Below, in pieces: positions 50,246-61,677 of a stretch of 64,000 bases of DNA (position 1 is the stretch's first letter; each line of letters opens with the position of its first letter). Source of the stretch: Takakia lepidozioides (taxonomy: Eukaryota > Plantae > Bryophyta). The stretch is taken from positions 71,362,001-71,426,000 of the forward strand of contig CM060732.1 in the NCBI GenBank assembly GCA_030704615.1, in the 5' to 3' direction. The position numbers and the translations under genes are program-made. A model generated the notes under the pieces. That model was not told where the DNA came from, made no database searches, and was given only the letters and a program-made list of their open reading frames with translations.

Positions 50246-52845
50246 TTGAGGGCTTACAGGAACTGCTTTGCCTTCAGTTTGAAGAACTTGGGAGCACTGA
50301 AGGGTCAAGAGATTCGCATTGAATTGGCTACTGACACGCCAATCTTTCGGAGACCCTATAGATACAGTGACATGGAGAGGTCCTTGATTCAGATGAGAAC
50401 TCAGAACCTTTGGGAGGCTGGTTTGGTGGAGCTATCTGGGGGAGAGTATGCTTCAACCACAGTGATGTCAGCCAAGAAAGATGTCTTTGGCAATTGGACG
50501 GAGGGACGTATGTGCGGTGATTACCGGCCTGTAAATCGTCAGACCAAGTCCGATAGGTATGCCATGCCAACACCAGAGGAGATCTTTGATGCCATTGGCA
50601 TGCCAAGGTCTTTAGCACGTTGGATTTACGATCCGGATATCACCAGTTGCTGATCAAGGAGGCGGATAAGCAAAAGACGACATTCTGGGGGATCAATGAG
50701 CACGGGAAGGATTGCCTATACCAGTGGCGGTTCTTACCATTTGGGCTTAAGAACGCTCCGGCAGAGTTTCAGAGAGTCATGGACAGGATTCTAGTAGGGG
50801 TGGAGTTTGCTCGGTGCTACATAGATGACATCATCATCTTTAGTGCTACGGTGGAAGAGCATGAGAGACACCTTCAGGGGGTATTTGAGCGCTTGAGGGC
50901 GCACGGATTGAAGTTACATCCGGGAAAGTGCAAGTTTTCCACAACCAGATTGAGTATCTGGGTCACATGATATATCCTGGAGGATTGGGGGTACAGCAGA
51001 CTAAGGTAGAGTCTATTGCACAGAATCCACGCCCCACGGATGTGAGCCAAGTTCGAGCTTTCATGGGGTTAGCAAACTATTATAGACGGTTTGTTAAGGG
51101 ATTTAGTGCCATTGCAAAGGCTCTAACCAAGCTGACCAAGGTGGACCAGGAGTGGCAGTGGGAAAATGAGCAAGAACAAGCTTTTCAAGAGCTCAAGGCG
51201 AGGTTGACCTCGGCGCCCATCTTGAGACGACCTATCAGGGGGCGTCATTTTTAGTTTGCATACAGATTGGAGCATGCTGGGGCTTGGAGCGGTGCTCACA
51301 CAGGTGGATGATGAGGGAAGAGAGTTCGTAGTGGCTTATGCTAGCCACTCGAACAACGTTGCAGAGTCTAAGTATAGCTCATATGAGGGAGAATGCTTAG
51401 CTGCAATGTGGGCCGTGGCACACTTCAGGTGCTATCTATACGGCAATTTCTTCACCCTTGTCACGGATCACCAACCACTCAAGTGGTTGATGGAGTCAGA
51501 CAAGCTTACGGGGAAGCTTGCACGGTAGGCACTCATCCTTCAAGAGTATGACTTTCAGGTGGTGCATCGACCGGGTTTGGTCAATCGCAATGCAGATGGA
51601 TTGAGTCGCAATCCATGCACGAGCCAGCAGGATGACACTGGAGCTCGGTGGCATGGTGAGACGGACGAGGAGATGGTGCCCGGATGGCATGCATCTGCAT
51701 TTCTGTGTATCTTGGTAGCGGAAGGCCAGGTTGGACCTGCAACAGGGATGACTGTAGATCAAGTGTCTGAGGACCTTGAGGCCAGTAATGAGCAAGGTGG
51801 CGCCAAAGATATACATGAGGATTCAGTTGTGCTGGACTACCTCCGCACTGGAGACACTGCAGCCACTGTGACTGCCAAGGAGAGGGATCGGATCATACAA
51901 CGAGCCATGAGGTTCAAGTGGGAGGGGACACACCAGCTCCGAGTGTGGGAGGATGGTCGAGTGAGGATTGTGCCTCACCCAATACAGCGGGCACGGTTAG
52001 TGCGGCATGCCCATGAGGAGTTGGGGCATTTTGGGGTGCGATGCACTCATAGTCTACTGCAGGGGCAGTATTGGTGGCGTGGTATGCACACAGAGGTGCA
52101 ACAATTTGTGGCTAGGTGCATGGTGTGTGACAGGGTGCGTGCTTCATTCAACGCCCCTACTCCACAATTGTACCCTCTTCCGATCATGGGATTGGGCTAC
52201 AGGTGGAGTCTTGACTTCGCAGGGCCGTTGCCACTGACCATGCGTCACAACAAGTACGTGTTGGTGATGGTGGAGCACTTCTCCAAGTGGATTGAATTGG
52301 TTCCATTGCCTGATAAGGCTAGTGAGGGAGCTGCGTATGCATTCTTGGATTATGTGCTCAGCCGATTCGGTGCTCCAGCTGAGGTACTCACGGACCAAGG
52401 GAGAAAGTTCTTGGGGGAGTTTCAGGCTTTGTGTGACAAGGCCTTGATAGACCACCGCACCACTTCTCGGGATCATCCTGAGGCCGATGGCTTGGCAGAG
52501 AGAGTTGTTCAGACAGTAAAGAGGGGTTTGCGCAAGTATGGCTTGTAGAAGGGACACTTAGGATATTGGGACCTTCAGTTACCCTGGTTAGCCATGGGCT
52601 ACAGGTTCAGCAAGCAAGCATCACTTGCCTCCTTCTCACCATACTTTCTTCTCTTTGGCCGAGAGCCGGATTTGCCTACATCCATTCGCAGAGAAGTTGC
52701 TATAGTTCTTAACCTTGACGATCCGGACGTGTGGGCACGTGCATGTGAGCAGCGTGCAGAGTTGTTCAAGAAAGTCATGCCCATGGCTTTCGAGAACCTT
52801 GCCATTGCACAACATCGTGATACGTTGAGGTATGCTACCATACTC
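50246..52845 (+). mobile_element. DNMT-Gypsy piece B continued: RT-RNaseH-integrase, truncated before the PHD
   Basis: RRPYR, RMCGDYR, YIDD (~50818), HTDWS, TDHQPL, integrase zinc-binding and DDE core. Near-identical inverted copy of piece A. Confidence 0.95.
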
Positions 52846-53810
52846 AGTGACAAAAGGCATTAAATCAATCTATTGTATCTGAGTTCAGCCGCTCATGTTG
52901 CCAGACTTTGGATTCGAATTTACATTATACATGGATCCATGATATGATGATTTGCCCAGCCCTGTCGTACGTGAACTCACAATTGCTTCCATACTGTTAC
53001 AGTATCCATTATACACCATGATGGTCTTCGATCAGTGGCTGATTGGAATTCCAATGGCATATGTTATCACTACAAGGAGTAAAACTAATCTGCTACCATG
53101 GATGTGCGCCCTGAACCAGCAAATGACCAATGCGCGGCCACTTTGGCATCCAAATGTGTTCATTGTTGACGATGCAAATGCTGAGATAAACGCCATTAGG
53201 TCTGGGTCTACTTTAAAATGGAATGTCAAATAACATGCACAAGCAGTTGTGGAATAATTGAACATGAACTGTTATGGATCATCCATGATTTGTGTGGTCT
53301 ATACTTCATGTAACCTTTTTTTCAATATGTGCATGTATTGGTTCATGTTGCTGACTATATTAATCAGGTCTATTTGGGGATGCATGTGCCATCTTTTTGT
53401 GCTTATGGCATGTCCGAAGAGCCTGGTTGAAAATGCGGTGTCCAAGATAAAAGACCCTGCCAAACGCGTCGACGTTTTACATGACTTAGGGAAATTATGT
53501 ATGATTCCAGGGGGTTTTTGGTGATGCTGCCGTTGCATGGACTGCGTATAAAGATCATTGGCCTCTGGGAAAAGTATCCCACCTTAGAAGAATTTATGCA
53601 TTACCTAGAGACATATTGGCTACCAAAAGCAGACATGTGGATCATGGGTTCTCAAAAAATACCACATGCATCTCAAGACACAAACGCAACAAATGAGGCA
53701 TATCACGGCAATATGAAAGCCCAACTTTAGAGCACAAAGAGCGTCCTCACCAACCGCCGAGTTGATTGGCTAATCTCGGAGCTTGTTGGGGATGTTCTTA
53801 CTCATTGTGG
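52846..53810 (+). mobile_element. Mutator (MULE) transposase fragment
   Basis: YPLYTMMVFD..GIPMAY, FIVDDANAEINAIR, LCLWHVRRAW (CxxH) after a GT-AG intron (~53200-53367), and DTNATNEAYH (catalytic E). Confidence 0.8.
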
Positions 53811-54140
53811 AAAAGTGTTGAGCACCTCTGCATGAGTACAATGGCACTTTCTGTGTGGTAAAGAGAACAACTTATGGATGTGCCGTTTCATTTTGCAGGC
53901 ATGGTATGAAGTCGTGTTTCTGGACCATGCCCGATTCGGATGTTTCCGTGGCAATTCATACGAATCCTATTATGAAGATATGAAAATGATCTTTCAATGG
54001 ATATGTTGATGTTGCAACTGTTTTTTTCTGAAAAGTTGCAGGTTGTCATCTATGTTGTCGTGCGTATACGTATCGCTACACACTACATTGCTGTCCAAAC
54101 CACACCACACATATATGCACAATGAAGTAGTCTACCACAA

Positions 54141-54575
54141 TGATATGAAAACTAAACTCACATTGTCTGATGACATATAAACACGAAACACAACACAATC
54201 ACTCGTTAATATAAGAGTCGAGCCAGGGGCACCCCAAGCTATGGGGACTCCACCCCACAACATCCTACTCTCCCTCCATAAGTACACTCAGATGCTAAGC
54301 AGCAAGGAAGCTCGGTCGTGAAAACTCACCTCGAGAGAGATGAGCCGCACGAACTCGTGAAGATAAGATGGTTCAGGTGTCAAGCTAAACTTGACACTTG
54401 ACTTAACACTTGAACTAATTCCAAGTATTAAATACAAATAACTAGATTTATTCTAGTTAGTTTCACACTGTGTTTATTTAACTTGACAGCTGTCGTGCGC
54501 ATACGTATCGCTACACAACTACATCGCTGTCCAAACCACACCACACATATATGCACAATGAAGTAGTCTGCCACA
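54141..54575 (-). repeat. Probable 3' LTR of the DNMT-Gypsy, preceded by a polypurine tract
   Basis: Minus strand: AGGGGGG-CGAT-TGTGGCAGAC...CATATCA (TG..CA, ~435 bp). Its first ~86 bp are repeated at 54056-54140. Confidence 0.6.
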
Positions 54576-54663
54576 ATCGCCCCCCTAGCTGGTGGTTAGG
54601 TCCCTCTAACTCCAGATAGCTACAAGATGTAATAGCCACAGCCGCACTAAGTCCTCTATCACT

Positions 54664-57600
54664 CACTACAACAGATGAGCGTTTTTATGACTGCACATAT
54701 GACTATTTTTTCAGTCCTATATGCGTTCATGACTATATCACTCTGTAGTGAAAAAAGCCCTGTCATAGCGACTAGTCTTTAGGACTGCGTTTTGCAAGTC
54801 ATAGCCGTGACTGCGTGCGTGGTACCTGGAGTCATGCTGTAGAGAGGATGTAGTCACAACTATATGATTTATATATGACTAACTATATGACTACATGTCT
54901 ACAAAGTATAACTCCATTGGAGAGGCGTTAGAGAGACATATGTAGCACTCCGGATGTACACGTGTCCACATAGACAACATATATATGACCCACACGTGGG
55001 GAAGAATATCGTATCATATAATGCCACGTTGCCATGATGTAGTCATGAGTATATAACTTCATGACTAAAGAGGTTTTTTAATAATATTTTAATTTAATAA
55101 ATTAAATCATACATAATATTTAGATTATTAATTGATTTAAATTCTCATTAGGTATCTAGGAAAATAGAATGGAATCCATTGTTGTCTTTTATTATTATTT
55201 TTATTTTTGTTAACAAAGAGGGATAGTGGGGACAGTGGCCTCTAGAACTTTATAGGTAATGGACATAAAATGTCCTTGGATACAAAGAGGAAAAATAACC
55301 TCTGGATAGAGTGCCATAGAGGCTGACATTGTCAGGTGCCTGTCATGGCAAATACCCACTAGCATGTTTTGGACGAAAATTCGACACTCTCGGTTTTAAT
55401 GAAACAGGTTCGGGCCTATTGGCGGGGCTCAGTCAATTATGCACGCCTAGGCTATGGAGAGCCTGACCCGAGACCTGCAATGGGGCAGCCATACTTCCTG
55501 CACCAACGAGAGTTGTGGCGTGGTTTGGGCAGTGCTAGATTAGCACGATGAATGCACCAAAGAGGGAGCATTGTGGAAGCAGCCGCTTCAAGTGTCATCT
55601 CGGCTTCAGTGCAGATTACCCTGGTTGGGATGAAGAGCGCCGTAAGGGCAGCCACTCTATACTGATCCATTGAGTACAGATCCGGAATGGGAGTTGCTAG
55701 TATTTATGGAATCAGTAGCCGGTTGGTAGATTTCTGCTTGGACGATTGAACTTGGATATTGGCTGACAGACAGTCTACGGCAAGCTGATGCGAATGGCAT
55801 AACATGAGATGAAGCATTGATCATTTCAAACTGTCAATCTGCCAGGCTTTTTACATTAATGGACACACTGTCTACCTGCTACCGAGCTTCAGCGTGCCAC
55901 TGTAAATATTCATTGTAATTCCCCAAGACCCGCCCATGTGTGGAGAACTCGAGACGGCGTGGCTGTTCAGATGGAAAATCGGGAACCTGCAGGGAACAGA
56001 GGGCACAAGTATGGATATCACTCCTCCGACAGATCAACCCTGGATATGGAAAAGAGGTTTTTTGAAATTAATTTTGCGTCTGATCTTGGTTGGGCGTTGG
56101 GCTAGAGTTCCTGAAATCAACAGGTAGTCTTGGCCCTTCAGTAATATACGATTTCGTGAGCAGCACGGTGGCCCGACCTGAGTTGATGCCTCCAGTTCGT
56201 GTGGCTTTGGTTTTTGATAGTTATTGATCCCACAAAAACCGTTAGTTAACGGGAAAAAAAAACAAATCAAATAGCCCTATTGTTAATTAAATGGACAAAT
56301 AATATGTTTTTGGGATTAGATAAACTTTGGTTGGTCATATCTTTGTCAAAAGAGCTCCGTTTGACACAGTTTTTAGGGGGATAGTTGCAGAAAGGGGAAA
56401 TCTACCTACCTAGACAAAAAAATCTATAGAATTTTTCTAATATAAATTAGATCCTCCCCACATCTATTTGAGGTCTATTAAAGAAGCTGATTCAACTCAC
56501 TGAGCTTCCTAATTGTAACACACATGTTACTCTTTGACATTAGTGTATGGCTAGAGAGGAAATGGAGAGTGTCGGGATGAGGGCATGTTGGGGTTAGGAA
56601 TTGCTTTAGTCTCTCCTCCCCATAGCTTTCTACCTTCTCGGTAGGCCAAAACCTTTCCATAGATGGAGGCAAGAGTCAGTCCAGGTTTTTGGGCTGGGGT
56701 ATTCTGCAAGAGCAGCACTGCGGAGGGATTTTGGTATGGGGGTGTTGATGTTTTGATTCTTGTGTTTGGATCCCTCCCACACCTGCATGCTTGACTGTGC
56801 GTCATGTTGGTTTTGTGTGGGCGCTTGCTTTTATAGGGGTTAGACCGGATTTGATCACTAGTCAATTCTAGAGTATGCTGTCAGTGGTGAGGCTGGAGTG
56901 ATGACCAGCAAGACCACCAGTGTTTCTTCTATGGTGAGGCTGGGTTGATGACCAGCCAACCATATGAGTTTTTGCGGTGGATGCAGGTGCAGGATCCCTT
57001 AGCCACTGGGATATGACCCTTAAACTGCAATAGGTGCCTACCCGTGTCACTATTAGAATTAGTATTAGAGCCTTATAGTGTCATGTGGGGGAGGTGTGGG
57101 TTGTGAGTATCATCACGGAGTTACCCAATGGTTTTGAGGGGAGTACGGCTACAGACAGTAGCAGTGAGAGTGGGTTCACAAGACGAGGTGTTCGGTTCAG
57201 ACCACCTTCACCTCCACCCTCAACTAGTGCAGAGTCTGACACAGACTCAGAGGCTTCATCAACAGGTGTGCAGTTTCCTTTGTCATTGTTGTGGGACGAC
57301 ATGGAGGAGATCCAAGGGGCCTCGTAGGTACCACTACAACATATCGCGGTAGTTATGATTGCCAAACCATGGTAGTCATGGTTTTCATGACTTTGACCAT
57401 GACTGCACCATGTTTTTATATGAAATTGACCTCCCGCAGTTGTTCATACGTCTGTAGTCATATGAACGACTATTTAAATAGTCGTCTGTATGACTACATG
57501 GCTCCGGAATGGACGGAAGGCTGGTCAACGGCAATTGACCAGATTTAGCTCACCATTCATAGTCATTTCCATGACTACAGTGTACATAGATGAGGTTACA

Positions 57601-58179
57601 TAGTCATGATGACTACTGGGGATTTTGTAATTTGGTGTGTATAATACAATTAAAACACCATATGATCATATGAATGACTAATGGGTGTATTGGTTAATAG
57701 GTAGTGAACTATAACTCTTATAATAAAGAGGTTGCAGGTTCAAACTCCTCTAAGTACAATCAAATGGATAAGATGGCCATAGGGTTAGTAGGTGAAGTAG
57801 GGATAGCACGTGGTGCCATAGATGGACTGCTACGTGGTTTTTTCATTATTATAAAATGCATTATGCCACGTGGCACAATGCGGTGCGACGCAACGTTTGA
57901 CATATGTTTTTATTTTTTAAGTTTTTTTAATTTAATTTAATTTTTTAAATCAATTGCGCCTCACCACGTGGCACGGCAGCGGCGGCTGCTGTATGGTATA
58001 TATGACTGCAGAGAGAGATATCACTTGGTTCATATGACTGTAGTCATCCAGACCGTACCATCCTGTACTCATTGTATTGACTTGGTTTGCACGACTTACA
58101 GTCATAGAAGTCATATATACCGTTTATGACTACAGAATAGTCATATATACAGTCATAAATACCGGGATCTGTTATAGTG
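54664..58179. mobile_element. Non-autonomous CACTA-type sequence bounded by CACTA termini
   Basis: Left CACTACAACAGATGAGCGTTTTTATGACT; right (reverse complement) CACTATAACAGATCCCGGTATTTATGACT. Dense ATGACT/AGTCAT subterminal repeats at 54664-55070 and 57360-58160. Flanking 3-mers (ACT/TAC) do not match. Confidence 0.75.
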
Positions 58180-61100
58180 TACTCTGGAGCTGTGGGCACA
58201 ATCGAGCTGGATGACTTTATCCAGGAGTTCGACAGTTGGTGTGATTTGCAGCAAATACGCAATCCACAGCTGTTCACCCCATTCATGGCGTGGAAGGGAC
58301 TGTTCCAACATTTGGAAGGCCCGCCTATGGACGATTACCACGAGGTCAGGCGAGGATATGAAGCAAAGATTGAGGAGTGGAGGATGTATTGGTCATCTGA
58401 CTACGTCTCCATTACTCGAGGCACGACGCGACCGGTAGCTGCATTAGCACCAATATCTCACACTGCCAGCACTAGTAGTGGAACAAGTAGTGCCGGTACT
58501 TTTGCAGGTGATATCAGTTCTAAAGGTGCTACCACTCCTCCTGCCATGACTACAACACATGTGCCTAGATTCAACCCGGTGATGGAGTTCTTCTAGGAGT
58601 TGCGGAGGAACTACCAAGGCGTATGGACAGAGAAGTTGCGAAGTTTGCAAGACTTCCAACGCAAGTCCAGTGAGAGCTTGCGAGAGGCCTATACTCGTAT
58701 GAGGCGTTTGATAAGTGTGATCCAAGGGGTCACTGAAGCTCAGGCAATCCAACTCTGGTATGGAATTTTGGACAAGGAACTCAGGAGAAGGGTGCGGGAT
58801 GCAACCCTGTTACAAGCGGCCCAACCCACCTTAGCAAATGTGTTTCTGCTGGCTGAGCGGATTGAGCTCAACATGGTGGAGGAGCGTGTAATGACCATTG
58901 GGTTTGGCAAAGACATGCCACGAGGTGTGTCTGCCAACCAACAAACGCAGCACACTGTACCGCAGCGTGGTCATGGGGGCAAGGTTGCCCAACCCAAATT
59001 CCATGGAGCTTACAGGGGACCTCAGGTGCAGAGGCAAGTAGCTTCTCTTGCAGGCCAACAACAACTAGGGGTGGTGTGTTGCTGTTGAGGAGGAACGGGA
59101 GGTGGACCCTCAGGTCTTGGAGCTGATATCACCTGAGTTATGGCCATGGTAGCAAGCCTTTACTCTAGCTGCTGAAGCCGGTTGGCCATGCCTTGGTCAA
59201 CGCCCTGACCTCCACGTCCTTGGCCATACTGTGCTTGGCCTCGTCCTGCACTCTTTGAGGTGCTTCACCTCGCCCCCGGCAACCATTGTTCCCTTGGAAC
59301 TGGCCTCGTCGCAACTCAGGGTGCAAGTCATAACACTAGGCCTCTCCATGCCCATACTTGCCACAATGCCCACACTGCAACTGTGCAGGTTGTGCTTGTG
59401 CCGACCCTTTGCCGCTCTCTGGGCAATCCTTCTTGACATGGGGTCCTCCACTCATCCTGACAGAGGAGACATGGGAGGCATGGGATTTATGTGTGGGGCA
59501 GCACTAGGGTAGAACACCCTATGACCGTTCATCTAAAGATGACGGAAGATCTAACGGTGAATTTTTGTCATTTTTACCCCGGATAAATTGATAAGATGCC
59601 CCACATCTGGGGCATCCCAACACATTTGGAAGTGCATGATTTCATGAAATCCACACAAAGTTATGGGGTTTCAAAGTTGAACCAATCCGAATGCTTGTGT
59701 GAAGTTTGAGCCTTACAACCACTCATATTTCTTGGGGGTTCTATCAAACAACTGTTTGCCAAGTGGCAAAAATGAGCAGTCTTGGGCCAGCAATGGTCGC
59801 TCATGCAGGCCTGACCCAAGCAATTATAAGGTGAACGGTCATAGGAACTATAACGGTCATAGGGTGTTTTATCCTACCACTACTGCAGGTGGAATCTGCT
59901 GCAGCCGTCACTCGAGGAGCAGCACGAGTTCCTGAGCCACGAGGTGCAGAGGTGGAGTTGGATCCACAGCGTGGGGAGGCAAGCTGTTAGGCTAGGATGC
60001 CTCAATCATTCATCTTGGCGGAGACAGTGTCGATGACATCCATGGCACCTAGTTCTCGCCCGACGGATACCGAAGCAGAGGCCGTTATTGTACCATTGGG
60101 GAGAGCTACACTCCAGCACTGATACCTGCTGCCAAGGCTAGTGTAGCCAGTGTATTGATAGGGGCGGCCACCTCTGTGTGTCAGGCCCTACTGTTCTCAG
60201 CAACTATAATTGCGATGCCGGGGGTAAGACCAGCTGTAGTGTTCAGACTAGCAGCAACACTCTGTGAGAGTGAGGAGGTCACTTCATCTTCAGCGGAGTT
60301 AGTGGAAGGTGTAGTGGCAGAGGGATCCTTGGATTTGAGGGTCAAGACTGCCACGGCTGCGCCATGGCAACCTGCAGCTGCCAGGTTGACAGAGCTGCCA
60401 GCTAGGCCAACCTTTGAGCGCGCCATGGTGACACTTGAAGTTGTCTTGTTAGACAACCAGGATGACATTTTCTCTTTGAGTGGACTGGCAAGCAAGAGGT
60501 ACTGGCCACTACGGGTCTTTGTTGGACTCGGGAGCTCAGCCATTGATGTTGGGCAGAGCTGCTATTGCAGATTTGGGCCAGCAGACATCTCTTTGCTGGG
60601 GGCGCATGATTTGGAGCGGGTTGGCCCTATTCACTTGGTAGTGGCAAGTTGGCCCTGCCAAGGGCATTCATCAACCGGGCATGACAATGGGTTATAAGAC
60701 TCAAGGTCACGCCTGTTTTGGGAGATGTTGAGGGTCCTGTGCTATTTACAGCTTCAGCAGACAGACTCTCGGTATAGATCTTGGAGAATGTGCCATTGAT
60801 GGGTGATTCTTGGGCCAAGGTGATGACCAGTGTGCATCAAGTGCGGTCTTGGATTAGGTCAGCAGTGTTGATGGATGCAGCTGCAGTGGGGTCATGGGCT
60901 CATCGCCCATGATAGCCAGTTGCAGCAGTTAGTGGAGCCCAATGTTGACGAGCGCGAGCGAGCGATGGGTTTTACCACTGGTACCACGGTGGTGTCATCT
61001 CTTTCTGAGGCATCACATCGTCAGGTGTTGGGGCAAGCAATGGATTTCAATTGCTTGACCTTGATTATCAGCTTGGCTATGGTTGAACAGCGCAGAGTAC

Positions 61101-61677
61101 GGAATACACTTCCCTTGATGGTCTCTCTACCTACCGAGACGGTACATGCAGCGAGTGGGGGCGGACATGTGAGGACCACAAGGTGCAGGCCGCATCCATG
61201 GCACACGTGGGAGGTGCTCGAGGTTCAGAAGGAGTTGGCAGCCAAGGCGGCGGTGATGGATCAGCTTGGGGATTTTCTCGAGTTGAGGAGGTCCTTAAGG
61301 ATGAGATGATGGGGCAGGATGAGGCATTGTCACTGACAGAGCAGGCAGTGGTCACTACTCAAGAGGTTGTAGCATAGCAACCACGGGATGCGTCTTCTAC
61401 TTCTAAGCCTGCTGGACTCAATGTTGCAGTCACGGAGGACAACTGGGAGCATGATGTTGGACCCATAGTCACTGGAGGAGAGAGACAACGTATACGGCGG
61501 TTCTTGAGGGCTTACAAGAACTGTTTTGCCTTCAGTTTGAAGAACTTGGGAGCACTGAAGGGTCAAGAGATTCGCATTGAATTGGCCACTGACACGCCAA
61601 TCTTTCGGAGACCCTATAGATACAGTGACATGGAGAGGTCCTTGATTCAGATGAGGACTCAGGACCTCTGGGAGGCC
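58180..61677 (+). mobile_element. DNMT-Gypsy piece C: gag-protease(part)-DNMT(part)-RT start, with internal deletions, an inversion and a MITE
   Basis: Gag 58180-59081; DSGAQ ~60523; second DNMT copy VVASWPCQGHS (~60650), ILENVP (~60780), ERERAMGF and LGQAMD; RT start to LWEA at 61677. Confidence 0.9.
59507..59874. mobile_element. 368-bp MITE with TA target-site duplication
   Basis: TIRs GGGTAGAACACCCTATGACCGTT / GGATAAAACACCCTATGACCGTT. The empty site CACTACCACT is visible in copy D (~62760-62770, minus strand). Confidence 0.85.

Noticed and set aside
57680-57752. tRNA-like sequence (GGTTCAAACTCC)
   Set aside because: No intact cloverleaf; degenerate remnant inside the CACTA.
61330-61677. 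C-terminal ~115 aa of the 475-aa minus-strand ORF as a real protein extension
   Set aside because: It is antisense read-through across the inversion junction into copy C.
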